Under the pieces are notes generated by a model. It had not been told where the DNA came from and searched no databases. It saw only the letters and a list, made by a program, of their open reading frames with translations. 64,000 nt of DNA. It comes from Peribolospora baueri (Eukaryota). Below, in pieces: positions 12,423 to 25,125 of the stretch. Position 1 is the first letter of the stretch; each line of letters starts with the position of its first letter. The stretch lies in assembly GCA_029717555.1 (NCBI GenBank), contig JAMDHS010000050.1:62001-126000 (forward strand), read 5' to 3'. Made by a program: the position numbers and the translations under genes.

Positions 12423-15011
12423 ATGGTAGCGGCCGGAAGCGGAACTTCGGCATCACACCCCCCACCACCACCGTCGTCGTCCCCACCGCCGCAGAGCCGA
12501 AGCCCCTCCTTCCCGGACGACGATGCAGAGGAGCAAGCGATACCGGGAGGAGGGCGAGAGGGAGGCGATGATGATCCGTCTTCACCCCATCCGATCAGCC
12601 CGATCGTGCCGGCCACCCGTTTTGCTCTCGGGTACGTCTTACCTCCAGACGGACTCGTGCTCCTGCAGGCGCATTATCTCGTGAGGCATGGTGAGTGGGC
12701 GTGGAGGGAGGGAGGAAGGCCGAGAGAAAAAGCGGGTGGAGGGAGGGAGGAAAGGCGCTCGGCCGGGCCCGCCTACAGAACGCAAACGCAAGCAAGGCTG
12801 GCATGCGACTGTGCTGTCTTACCAAGGTTCACGGTGCTCGCACTCACGTTCATCTCCCTCCCTCTCTCCCTCCCTCTGTAACCTTCTTCCCCCCCCGCCG
12901 CCGCAGGTGAGCGGACGCCGGTGCGAACGCGCCTCGCACGAGCCAACCCGCCGATCCCGGAGGTGTGGAACATGTGTCATACCGGCCGACGATTCCAGGC
13001 AGCCGTACTGGACGTCGTCTCCTCTCCTTCTCCTGCCAGCGTCTCCGCTCCCTCGTCAGGTACGGATGGGGAAGAGGACGGATTGCAGCGCCTCGAATCG
13101 CGGGCCGAGTCGTCGTCGATCGTCGTGAAGCGGCGACCGGAGGAGCAGGTTAGGCATGGAAAAATGGAGGTGGTCCGCGTCGCTGAAGGGTCGGAGGAGA
13201 AGACGGGAAGACCCATACCTGGGAGGATAGGCGATTGGTGAGTATGGAGCGCATTTTTCGTATCGTACGACCTAAACCTCGGTCGAATCGCTCATCTTTT
13301 TCTTTTTCTCCTCTGTTCCCCGAATGGATCAGTCTGTTGGGCGAACTCACCGACCTCGGTCGAAGGACGACGCTGCAGATGGGGCGAGAGATCCGCAAGC
13401 TCTACGTCGATCAGTGCGTAATCCTCTAGTTCCCTTGCTCCGCGACACCGTACGCCCAGCTGTTTTATTCAAGTCGATTCCCGCTCCCTCTCTCCTGCCA
13501 GACTCGGCTTTCTGCCATCTCAGCTCTCCAATACCGAATCTGTCTACTTTCGCTCGACTAGCATGGCGCGGACCATCGAGACCTTGCAGCAGATTGTCCG
13601 CGGAGTGTACCCCGATGGCACTCTCGCCGACGGCATGGTGCTTCCACTGCTGGTTCGGTGGGTTCGACAGCTTTCCCTATCACGTCGCAAGACGTCCCCA
13701 GCCCTTCTCGCTTTCCAGACTGACGGCTAGCGGTGACGGCGACGGTGTGGACAGGAACCCGACGGCGGAGAACCTCTTGCCGAACACGATTGCCTGTGCC
13801 CGACTCCGCCGTCTCTGGTCGCAATTCGCCGACCTCACCGCCAGAGAGGTCAACCCACATCTGGCGCGCTTTGACGACAAGCTGAGCAAACACATCGACG
13901 GAAAGCCGGTCCGCATCGACGGGAGCCCAAGGATCTCTGGCATCTTTGATACGATCAGGGTGAGAGGACGGGGGAACACGTCGAAGCGTCGAATCAGGAA
14001 GACTTTCATTGACGTCATTGCCGTGCGTGCCCCCATCCGTCACCTCGTCAGGCCGCAGACGCTCACGGCTTGCCAGTGCCGGCCGAGTTTAAGGACCCGG
14101 AGGTGTCGCGGACGATCGAGAAGGCGATCTGCGAAGAGTGGTTTGCGGGCTACCGTGCACCAGGTGAGGGCGGCCTACGTTTGATTGCCACTGTCTAATC
14201 TGTCGTGACGCTTTCCTGTTTCGTTGACAACCCCCCCTGCCGCCATGAATGCCGCACCGCCACCTGCAGACCTTGACGTCCGAACACAGTTTCGCCGATT
14301 GGCCATGTATCGGCTTTTGCGCGATTTGACGGTGCGATTACAGGACAAGGCAGAGTTGGGAGAACGCTCGCCTCTCAAACTGGCCGTCTATTCCACCCAC
14401 GACACTACCGTCGCCGGAGTGTTGGCGGCTTTGGACTCGTTCGACGATCGGTGGCCCCGCTTTACCGCAAACCTTTCCTTTGAACTCTTCCGCGACTCCA
14501 ATTCCTCCTCCTCCTCTTCCCCGGCCCTCTCCATCGGTCAGAGAGCGTCGCAGCTCTTCGCGGCCCCGATAGATTACCTCAAGTCATTCTTCTCTGGCGG
14601 GAGCGGAGCGAGCCTCGCGTCGCATGATGGATTCAAAGAGACGCCAGATCATTGTAAGTGTGGCCTTTATTTACCGCCGACGCCGCGAAGGGACGAGAGG
14701 ACATGCACGCGGGCGAGAAACGGCGGGAGAAGGCAAGGCGACAGGGCGGGAAAGTCTGCTTCCAAATCTTTCCCCGCTCACCCCTTCTCGTCTCTTTCCT
14801 TCCCCTCCCTTCCCCTCGCCTTCTTGACCCCGTTCCAGACCTCCGCATCCGTTACGACTCCCGACCAGTCTCTCTCCCCGCCTGCGCTCCAGCAGGCAAA
14901 CACTATCCCGGTCGTCCAGAGCTGTGCAAGTTCGACGTCTTCAAGGAGGCCGTCCAGGCGATGCGGAACAGGGAGGACAAGAGCTGGGAGGAGGAGTGCG
15001 AAGAGACTTGA
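12423..15011 (+). CDS. Histidine acid phosphatase (His_Phos_2 family, ACP6-like); multi-exon
   Basis: Catalytic RHG|ERTP split by an intron (12691-12906); LLGELTDLGR; YSTHDTTVAG (HD motif); WPRFTANLSFELF; C-terminal LRIRYD...ELCKFDVFK...WEEECEET. Confidence 0.88.
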
Positions 15012-15406
15012 GAGCGGCGGTGGGGAGGGCCTTTGGCGCCGCCGTTTCAAATTCACGTCGTGTCACGAGACACGCTTTCCACCTCAACTCTCGTTCTCGC
15101 TCTGCCAGCAGACAAATAATTCCTCACCGCCCCATCGCCCCTGCCTTCGGACATGCCGTGCGTACATGGTCATGTACCGCAATGAACATGCCCGATCTTC
15201 TCCCTGTCGAACTGTTCCGTTCCTCTCGGCTCCGCGTCTCATTCTTTCAATCACCCGACGCGACCCATCAGATCTCATAAATAGAAACTTACGCGACTTT
15301 GTGTCGCTCTTCCTCTTCCTGTTCCGCGAGGGGTTGGGAGAACCTGGGAAGGATGGGGGTCGGGTTTGACGTTGCGTAAAATGATGGGCGAATTGTCCAC
15401 ATGCCA

Positions 15407-15506
15407 AGCCGAGCCGAGCCGAGCCGAGCCGAGCCCGCTCCCGTGTACACATACACCAGACCACATCAGACCAGACCAGACCAGACCAGACCAGACCAGA
15501 CCAGAC
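15407..15506. repeat. Adjacent pentanucleotide microsatellites (AGCCG)n and (CCAGA)n between convergent genes
   Basis: About 6 AGCCG units at 15407-15435 and about 8 CCAGA units at 15467-15506. Confidence 0.9.
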
Positions 15507-15544
15507 GCTTTCGCCCACCTGGGCATACCGGACTCTCCGCTCAA

Positions 15545-17890
15545 CTAAAGACCGTTATGGCCCTTGACGACCAGGCCAGCCTGGAGGAGCTTCAGGCGCC
15601 AGAGCACCTTCTTCGTGCTCTCCGTCTTCTCCCTGCCAGCCTCTAGCGCTTGGCGGAAGAGGGCGATGCGATGGTCCGTCTGCGTCGCGTTGAGCGTCTG
15701 CATCGGAGCGCACACCGGAGGAGGAGGAGGAGGAGGAGGAGGAGGAACGAGCGTCAAATCAAAGTGAATGATCGGCGTGGGAGGGAAAAAAAGAAAGGTG
15801 ACGCGCGCTGAGGAGGAGCGACGGCGGGAAGCGAGTGTGCGACCTCCGTTCCATGTCCACTCACCCAGTTCTCGAAATCCACCTTGGCCTTGACCTCCCC
15901 CCTCTCCACCACACCCACTACCTCCATCGCCGCGCGCTGCCTATCCCACCCGAACGCGCTGGCGACGCGATCGATGCTCACTGCGCTGAAGGGCGTCACG
16001 AACTGCTGGAGGGCGCGATGAGTTATGAGGGTGGTTAGGTAGGAGATGTGCATCGGGGACAGGTAGCGGTCGAGGAGGTGGCGAGACTGCGTCATGGGAC
16101 GAGACGTGGGACACCGGTCATCCATCAGTCACTTCTTTCGACTTGTCATGTCGAACATTATCGGTCCGTCTTATACCCCTTTCCCAAACAACCCCCCCCG
16201 CGGCGCTTACCTTATGCCTCCTCAGCACATCCAAGGCGCGGTCGTACTTGGACTCCCAGAACGTGTCAAGAAGCTCCCGCGCATGCGGTTCTGTCTCAAG
16301 GAAGCCTCGGAAGGTGACGTTGTCCAGCACCAAGAGCTTCACTTCATCCCGATCCAGCGTGGCCAGAGCGCAGAGGACGGCGTAGAGGGCCACATCCGAC
16401 GGGGCTATGATCTTCAGGGCGTCGACGAGAGCGAGGAGCGCGACGAATTAGGATCGCGACCGAACGGGTGCGTCGTGATGCACGACCGTGTGTCATCCGC
16501 CTTCTTCCGCAAAGCCTAGCTATACTCACGCTCGAATACGCTCCAGCATACTCCGGGCTCGTCTTGAGGAACAACCTTGCCGCCTGAGCATACTTGCCCA
16601 GCGCCAGGTTGGTGATTCCCGCCACGACCTCCAGTTTGGCCTGCATCTCCCTTCCCTCCTTTTGCGCCGCCGCCGCCGCCACCGCCGCGCTCCTGCCACC
16701 TCTCCTCTCCTGCCTCGGCCCTTCGCCGGTGTCACCTCCTCCTCCAGCGCGGAACAGAGCAGAGATGGCATCCGGGCCCGAGCCGCCCGCGCCTCCGGCC
16801 GTTTTCGAGGCCGCTAACGAGCCGTTGCCGGAATCGGATAGGCCCTTGGAGGTGGAGCCGCCGGAGGAGACGAAAGAGTCGACGACCGCTTCGGCTTTCG
16901 AGATGTACGTTGAGATCGTTATGTAGTTTTGCATCTCCAGGCACACCTGGAAAGGTAAAGCGGAAAGGAAATGGAGAAGGTACGCGGGAAGTTTGTCAGT
17001 TTGAAGCGAGAAATGGACCGCGGCGCAAGATCGTCAAGGACGCACCTCGACGACATTGAAGCACATCTCCAGGACGTGCTCGCTGGTGGTGCAGAAATCC
17101 CTGGTCCTCGTGTAGCTCTTGAGTGCGTTGTTGTAGTCTCCCGTAGATCTGTAGAAGTCGCCGAGGTCGCGGTGGGCCATCTGGACCGGCGGCGGAGGGG
17201 CACATGTGGACACGGGATCGGTCTGTCAGCGACACGCGCTCGTAGAGTCAAGTCGGCTGATTCGACTCGACTCGGCGAGAAAAGTTCGGGTCGACGGAAA
17301 GCAAAGCGTCGCGGCAAAAGAAAATAAAAATAAAAATAAAAACCCACCCTGATGCTCTCCTTGATGAGGTTATTCTGATAGTTCTTCAACTCAACGTCCA
17401 ACTTCTCCAGCTCGCTCCTGTTCTTCGCATCCGTCGCGCGCACCCAATCGTCATCCAACGTGATCGCCTCCCCACCCGCACTATCGCCGCCATCGTCGGG
17501 GTGGCTACTCCCGAGCCGAACGACTTGGGCATACATGCCCGTATCCGAGGTCATGCTCTTGATGAGCGGGAGGAGCTTGAGCACCGCCTCGCGGCGCAGT
17601 TGGGGACATACGTGGCCGATGAAGAGGAGTCGGAAGAGCTTGGTGCGGCCTGTGAATAAGGCAAGGTCAGTTGGAAAGAACAAATAGTGTCCATTCGCAA
17701 AAGGAAGGCACACCGGGGCGTGGGCCGGCCGCTCACCGGTATAGTTTGAGATATAGTTGTCCAAATCGAACGGGTCGCCAGGTTCGAGCGTGACCGTCGG
17801 CAGCGGGTTAGGCGCTGGAAGAGCGCCGGCCGCACCGGGTGCGCTGGGCCCGGCGAGGGGCGTCTGAGACGAAGATGAAGACGCTTCCAT
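15545..17890 (-). CDS. CSN1: COP9 signalosome subunit 1 (RPN7-like and PCI domains); multi-exon
   Basis: [83 protein letters not shown]. Confidence 0.92.
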
Positions 17891-18848
17891 CGTCCCTTTT
17901 TTATCTCGCCGCTGAGCCACCGTCGATGCGAGATGGCGACGGGAGCGCTGGCTGGAGGTTGTGGCTCGTCGTTGATGATCGCACCTGAAGACTCGCTCTC
18001 GATCATCCGCCCTATTGGGGGTGATCGGCTGCCGCAGTCGATGCAAGGCACTAGTTGAAAGACCGTGGTCACCTTGTGGAGAAGAGTCGAGAGACTCGCT
18101 GCTGCTCAGAATCGAGGCGAACCTCGAAGGATCACGGTTGACGTGCTTTCTATTTTCTGGTGCTTTTCGGACACCGCACACGGGTTTCGGGTAAAGAGTA
18201 CAGGGTAGGGAGGTAAGATGAGGAGGGAATCACAGCGGAGGAAGGGGAGAGGGGAGTGGATGAATGGGACTGGATCTATCCCCGTCAGCCAATCGCACGT
18301 CTTCTTCGCCCGTCCAGCTCGGAAACCTAGCATCCCGTGGCGGCGGCCCGAGCCGAAAGGCCAGGCCAAAGGGGTGCGGAAGGACGGGTGGCGGAGCGAG
18401 GAAGGTAGGGCGGAGGGCGCGAAATGAGGATGGCGAGGGCGCCGGTACAGAGCGAACGAAACATTCCGCAGAGGCGAAAGGGAGCGGACGGGGCGCGTGC
18501 GTAGCGTGACGTCGTGTAAAGGAGGGGGAGAAAAGGACAATGCGAGGTGCAGCAAGAATGTCGGCAAGAAAAGCGGCTGTCAAAGACGTGGAGATGTCGG
18601 AGGAGATGATGCGCGAATGCAAACCGGACAAAAAAAGCAGACTAAAACCGACGAAACCGACGAGTCCAAAGGCCGAGTGTTGAACCGGCCACGAGCATGG
18701 GGCTCGAACGCTCGCTCACTCGGTCGCAAGACAAGGAGGAGGTACGGCCGCGCTCATCCGAAAACTAAGAGAAAGGAGCAGAGTGTAAGAAGAAAAGGGA
18801 AACGAAGACGGCCAAAAAAAAAAAGAAAGACGACGGACAGCTGACACA

Positions 18849-20851
18849 TTAGAGAGTCAGCTGCTTGGGCTTCTCCCAAGTGAACTCGGGCCTTCCGAAA
18901 TGGCCGTACGAAGAGGTGGCCTCGTACACCGGCTTCTGCAGGTCGAGCTCCTTGACGATGACACCGGGACGGAGGTCGAAGTTCTTGCGGATGATCTCGA
19001 TGAGCTCGGAGTCCGTCCTGGAACTCGTGTTGTACGTGTCAACCTGTCGAGATTGCAAACGCGCGACAACAACAAGTGGAGCGTTGATCGAGCCGTCAGC
19101 AGGAGCGTCCCCAAAAAGGCGACAGACTAAATGAAAAAAGTTACGACGTGAATGAAAGGACGGCACTCACAAAGACGGACAAGGGCTCCGCGACACCGAT
19201 GGCGTAAGAGAATTGCACGAGACACCTCCTCGCCAGACCGGCAGCAATGAGAGACTTGGCCACCCATCGAGCGGCGTAGGCTCCCGAGCGGTCAACCTTG
19301 CTCCAGTCCTTGCCCGAGAAGGCTCCGCCACCGTGGGCGCCCCAGCCGCCGTAGCTGTGCACGTACGGAACATCACCGAGGAAGGTGTTCATGAGCTACG
19401 CAGGTCCATAAGGAAAGGCGTTCGAGAGTCGCAAACTCCGAAAGGGAAAGGACTTACCTGTCGACAATGACTTTCATTTCCAAGAAGTATTGTGAAAAAA
19501 AGACAAAGCATATGCGCATGAATGAGCGCCTACAGAGCCTAAAGAAATGCTGAGGGAGACTCACTCTTCCTGCCAGTCAGACCGGCGTCACCCTGAGGGC
19601 CACCGATGATGAAACGGCCGGAGGGCTGGATCTGTGGGATGGACGAGACATGCGCATACAAAAGAGTCGTCAGGCCCAAGGAACGGACGCCGTAAAGCTT
19701 CTGCTTTCGCGCACACAGAGGCCAACTTACGTGGTAGATGGTGCGGTCGTCGAGGAGGTGGGCAGGGATGACGGACTTGACGACCTTCTCAATGATCTGC
19801 GTGCGGAGGTCCTCCGTGGTGATCTCCTCAGCGTGCTGGGTCGAGATGACGATGGTGTCGACGCGCACGGGGATCGTCGCACCGCCCTCCTTCTTGTACT
19901 CGACAGTCACCTGCGTCTTGCTGTCCGGGCGGACCCAGCTGAGAGCTCCGGAGCGCCGTTGGTCGGCGAGGGCCTTGTTGAGCTTGTGAGAAAGCACGAC
20001 CGTGAGGGGCATGAGCTCGGGCGTCTCCTGCAAAGGTAGGCGGGCCAAAACTTCAGTCAGACATTTTCCTCCTCCCTATCCACTGTACAACGGCCGACTC
20101 ACGTCCGTGGCATAGCCGAACATGATACCCTGGTCACCGGCGCCGTGGCTCTCGAGGTCACCGTGTTCGAGACCCTGAGCGATGTCGGGAGACTGGCGCT
20201 CGATGGCGACGAGGACGTTGCAAGTCTTGTAGTCGAAGCCCTTCTCGCTGGAGTCGTAGCCGATACGCTTGATCGTGTCGCGGACGACCTGCTGGTAGTC
20301 GATCACCGCCTTGGAGGTGATCTCACCGCTGCAGGGGCAAAGCGAGGCATAGAGTCCGTCCGACTTGGTCTCAGCCCACGCGGCCACCTTCGAACCCTGG
20401 TGGGGCGTCACCGAGAGCTCTGCCCAGACGCATAGAACACTTACAAGACCATGACCATACCGGTCTTGGTAGCCGTCTCACAGGCGACCTTGGAGAAGGG
20501 GTCCGCGGCAAGGCAGGCATCCTGACGAGCAGAAACGGGCGACGGAGAGGAGAGAGCGCAAAGAGTGAGAAGAACGAGCGGGGCGAACGAGTGGATAGGA
20601 AGCAGCCTGGTAAACCCACGAGGATGGCGTCGGACACGGCGTCGCAGATCTTGTCTAATGGCGGTCAGTTCCATGCGGGAGCGGTGGCGAAGAAAGAGAA
20701 AGAAATAAGGTCAGCGCGCGCGGGGGTCGTCGGGCATCGGCGGAAAGACAAGCGTGGGCACACCTGGGTGACCCTCTCCGACGGACTCGGAGGTGAAGAG
20801 GAAGTGGCCCTCGGGCAGGGGCTGGCGCTGGGCGGCGGCTGCGGCGACCAT
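18849..20851 (-). CDS. SAM2: S-adenosylmethionine synthetase (methionine adenosyltransferase); about 9 exons
   Basis: [84 protein letters not shown]. Confidence 0.98.
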
Positions 20852-21505
20852 TTTCTTCTTTCTTTCTTGTTTTCCGGGGGAAGGGAGGAAGCAAGGAGCG
20901 ACTGGGGAGGGGGGCGGAGGCGCAGGTGAACGGGGGCGAAAGATGGGAGGGGGTGGTGGTGGTGTGGAGGGTGGGGGTTGGTGGTGGGAGGCAGAGAAGA
21001 AGGGAAGGAACGTCGACTCGCTCGCTCGACTCTTCTGTCTTTCTCGCCCGGTCGGACTCGAGCCAGGTCAGGTTTAGGCCAGCGACAGCGAACGTGCGAT
21101 GTTGAGCGGCGAACCGAAGGCGAGGCCGGGTCTGGCAAAACCCAACACGCACAAACGCCCCCTAGCCCCGCTTCCAGCCGCCCATTCCCGAGTCTTCCGG
21201 CGGTCACGCCATCGCCGCAGCCGCCACCGCAGCCACAAACAATCGGCGGTCCGAGACACCGTGGAGGCGCCATCGCCGGCTCTGCGTCGCCACGTGCGCG
21301 CCCCACGTGCGTGCTGTACGACCTCGCCCGCTCGCTCGCCCACACACAATCACAATACATCCCGTCTTCCTCTCCCACGAGCGTGCGAACGAACGGAACG
21401 GACGAGACACGCCGTCGCCCGTGAGAAGAGAAGAGAATAGAGAAGAAGACGGTAGGCGACAGACACAGCACACACAGCAGAGAGACCGATCGAATGAAGG
21501 GCGTG

Positions 21506-23255
21506 TTACACTCGGGCGCCCCACCCCCACCCACCGGCGACCATTCCCAACGGACTCTCCACTTTGCTCTTTCCCAGCCATCCGCTTCCTTTCCTCCCCC
21601 CTCCCCCAGCGCCCCCAGTCCCCTTCTCCTTCTCCTTCTCCTTCTCCTTGGCGGGGCCCCTCTCCTCTCCGGCACCTCCCACCTCGTCCTCGCCTTCTCC
21701 TGGCGCCTTGTCCCCCGATGAGACGGCCCTTCGCATGAGCGCGACCGGACTCGACCGCGGAGAGCTCTTCCGCACAGATGAGCTCGCCCCGAGCGGACGG
21801 GGAGGAGGAGAAGAGGGCCCAGCCGAGCTTGCTGACGATTCGTCTCCGACAATGTCTTCGCCGCCGCCGCTTGTGGCGGGCGGGGATGGCGCAGGCGCGG
21901 GCGCGGGCGCTCGTCCGGCGCCGCCCGCGCCCGTGTCGATGCTCAGTTGTTTCTTGGGCGGCGCCGGCCGCCGTTCGCCTCTCTGTGATGACTCTGCACC
22001 GCACTGCGTCCCCGGAGGAGAACCCCTGTGCCGTCCCCGTCCGTGTCGCTCCCCACGTTCGTGCCTTTCCACCTCGCCTCCGACCCCGCCCCTCGTCCCC
22101 CGTCGACCCTGCGCTAACGTTTGTGCCTGCGACGCGCTCGCCTCCCCATCCACCGTCGTCGTCCTCGTGTTGGCGCGGGCAGAAGGAAAGCGAACTTCCG
22201 GGACGGGGAGAGCGTGGAAGTCTTTCACCACATGGGACAGCTCTTCTAGCTATGCGAACGGAAAAGAAAAAGAAAAAAGACGGTTGCGCATCAGAAAGGC
22301 TGGCTCGGTCGGTGCCCCCATGCCTCCCCAAACAATCGCTCACCTTGCCCATAATAGTCTCAATCCCGTTCTTCCTTGCCCGAAACTCCTCCGCCATGCC
22401 ATCGTACTTGTTCGTGTCTCCATCCTCCCTGTCCGCCGTATTAGGCTCGTTAGACGACCCGCCAGGCTTGCCCGCTCCAGCCACGCCGTCGTCGTCCCCG
22501 AATGAAAGTCCCTCGAGCCGAATATGCTCCGCCACAATCTCCTTCTGGATCCTCCTCGCCGCATCGAGCCTCCGGAACAACTCGTCACTCGAAGACGAAG
22601 ACGAAGACGGCGGCGGCGACGGCTCATTCACCGCCGCGCCTTCTCTCTCGATCGCGCTCCAAGAGACTGCCGGCCTGGCCAGCGGCTCGCCGATCCCCGT
22701 CACAGCCACCGGGTCCGCCAGTCGAGCGCTAGCTTGTAGAGCGGCGCGCGAGGGTTGAGAAGCCGCCGCCGTCGCCATCATCCCATTCTCGACGTCCAGC
22801 GGGACCGACGCGGCCTTTGTCGGCGGGGAGCCGTCCACGTTGCGTCCGCCGGGCGCGGAGGAGCGAAAGAGGCGATCAGAAATGTCGCGCAGCCTCGAAG
22901 TGAGGTTGTCAACGTGTTCTGAATGGGCGTCCCTCCTCCGCCCGCCGTCGTCGCCGCCGTCCTTGTCCCCCTCGCCCTTGTCCTCCTCCGGCGAGCGCCG
23001 ACCGCTCCCTCCGTCCTCGTTAACGTTCCCATTTCCAGCGCCATTAGCGCCCTTCTCCCTCCGAGACCTTGGCCTTGACGCCGTCCGTTCTTTCGTCCCA
23101 TGCCGATCGTAGTCCGGGCTACCGCTATCCGTATCCTCCTCATCGTAGCCAGTGAGCGCCTCGTCGTCGCCTCCTCCGCCGGACCACGGGTCCCCGACGG
23201 ATGAGCGTGGAGACCTCCTCGCCGTCGCCGCCGTCCGTTCGTAGTCGTCGTACAT
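21506..23255 (-). CDS. Hypothetical, largely disordered protein with a short helical core; at least 2 exons, start uncertain
   Basis: Long ORF from MYDDYER; core RIQKEIVAEHIRLEG...FRARKNGIETIMGK|LEELSHVVKDFH joined across a GT-AG intron near 22251-22343. Confidence 0.6.
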
Positions 23256-23560
23256 CACCGGCGTCCTGGCCAATGTAGATTTGCTATCGTCGTATGGTCT
23301 GGCTTGAACGAACATGAGCAAGATGGGCGCCTGGACGTACATACGTATGTAGATAGCGATCACGCGCTCGATCACCTTCCGCTGCGGCGTCATTCGCACA
23401 AGTCCTAATTCGACGCCATCCTTCCCCCTTCTCCCTCTCCTCCACCTTGTCTTGAACGAAAGCATGCCGCAAATATTCAGAACGATGATAGACTACATGT
23501 GAAGCACTGTCGGGAAAGGGAGAAGTATGGAAGGAGTCGGCGTGCTCCTTTCGGGGCTTC

Positions 23561-24431
23561 CTATGAAGGGATGAAAACGAGCTCCTCATCGAACAACTCG
23601 ATGAACTTCGGGTGGGTTCATCGAGGGAGAGCAAGGGTAAAATAGAGGAAGAGGACAGACAGATGAGGGTTCACTGTCCAGCGTGGACGGCGAGCAGGTT
23701 GTCGACACGTACCTGCTCATTGAGCACCCGAACCTTAGGCCCTGCATACCTCCTGTACTCTTCGAAGATGCTCGTCAAGTTCCATCTCTGCAGCTTCCTC
23801 AAGCATCCCACGACGGTGCCCGTCCGATGCCGCCCGAGGTTGCACATGATGTGTAACGGGTAGTTGGACGGGTCGACGATGAGTCCGAGGGCTTGGAGGA
23901 CGACCTCTTCGGTGATCGGATCCCACGCGTTCGTTGAGTTTACTACGCCGAGGTGGTGGAGGGTGATGCCTTGGTCGTCGATAAAGTTGAGACTGGCAGA
24001 CGAAAAAAGATGGCCGAGAAGAGGAATTGCAAAAAGGACGGCATCATCAGCGCCCCTTCCTTGGCACACACGCATCTCCATCCTAAACAAGGAAGCAAAG
24101 ACATGTCCATCCGCCATTCCAGAACTCACAAGTTTTGGTTCGGTTCCTCAGGCGCCAGCCAGATAATGCTCTGAACAGCACCGCATGGTGGGGATCGAAA
24201 GCGAAAGTGAGAAGGAGAAGAGCACATGGAGAACATTGCATCGTCAACGCCTTCCTTCGTCCACCCTCACCGCGTGCGTTTGCACTCTTGGTCCGCCACA
24301 TGCATGACCTCGCCTGGCCCACTCACCTTTAACCGCAACTTCTCGAGGAAAGGATAGTTCAATTGATCGGGCTGGCCAGACCTGTAGAGGCCCTCCTCAA
24401 CCATGCCGAAGTTGGAAGGTGGGACGAGCAT
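23561..24431 (-). CDS. OCA1: Siw14/Oca-family atypical protein tyrosine phosphatase (Oca1-like); 4 exons
   Basis: MLVPPSNFGMVEEGLYRSGQP; SIIWLAPEEP; active-site CNLGRHRTG; LRKLQRWNLTSIFEEYRRYAG; EQ|FIELFD. Confidence 0.9.
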
Positions 24432-25125
24432 CTCCGGTTCGGACCGAGGGAGATGAACGATGGGAGGTTATGTTGGCGAGGAGATGGTGAGACGAGGGAT
24501 TCAGGTAGCCGGCTGGCCGAACCGTACCAAATAGCCGATAGCGGCAACTAGGAGCTAGGCAGCTCCCAGGTGAGGAAAGTGACGTTGCCCTTCTGACCCC
24601 GCTCGTCCAAGCCAAGGGACGAGCTCTGGCAAGGCGTACAAGCACTGTGATAAGCGTAATCCCGAGGTCGAAACCGCGTGACAACCGGAAAACGCCCTCA
24701 GAATGTCGCTAGCCAGATCCCAATGGATCTGACGGGCTGAGAGGTGCTCAAGCTGGACGAGAGACTGGACTCGTTCACTTCGCTGCTGCGGTCATGCAAG
24801 CCTGCGCTCGGGCCACCGCCTTCGAACGAAGGTCAGTGCTCTCACCACACAACTTGCCTCTGCTCTCCACGTCTATCATCTTGTTGAAGATTGTGGCTCA
24901 CTCGTCCACCTTATGTGAGTCTGGCAAACGCGCAGGTCCATTCATATTGGCCGATCAAAGGCTGCTCGAGGCATAACCCATATCACAGTCATAGCCAGAG
25001 GGGCCGAGCTGGACGGGCTGACTGGCGAGGGCGACCAGATTGCAGAAGGCCGCCTGTCTTCCACAGGTTCCTTTGGAATTTGCTATACATTCCCATCTTT
25101 TACGTTTATGTCTCCGGAAAGCAGC

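Noticed and set aside
18849..20851. METTL16/METT-10-type UACAGA motif at a SAM synthetase splice acceptor
   Set aside because: None of the inferred acceptors reads TACAGA on the sense strand.
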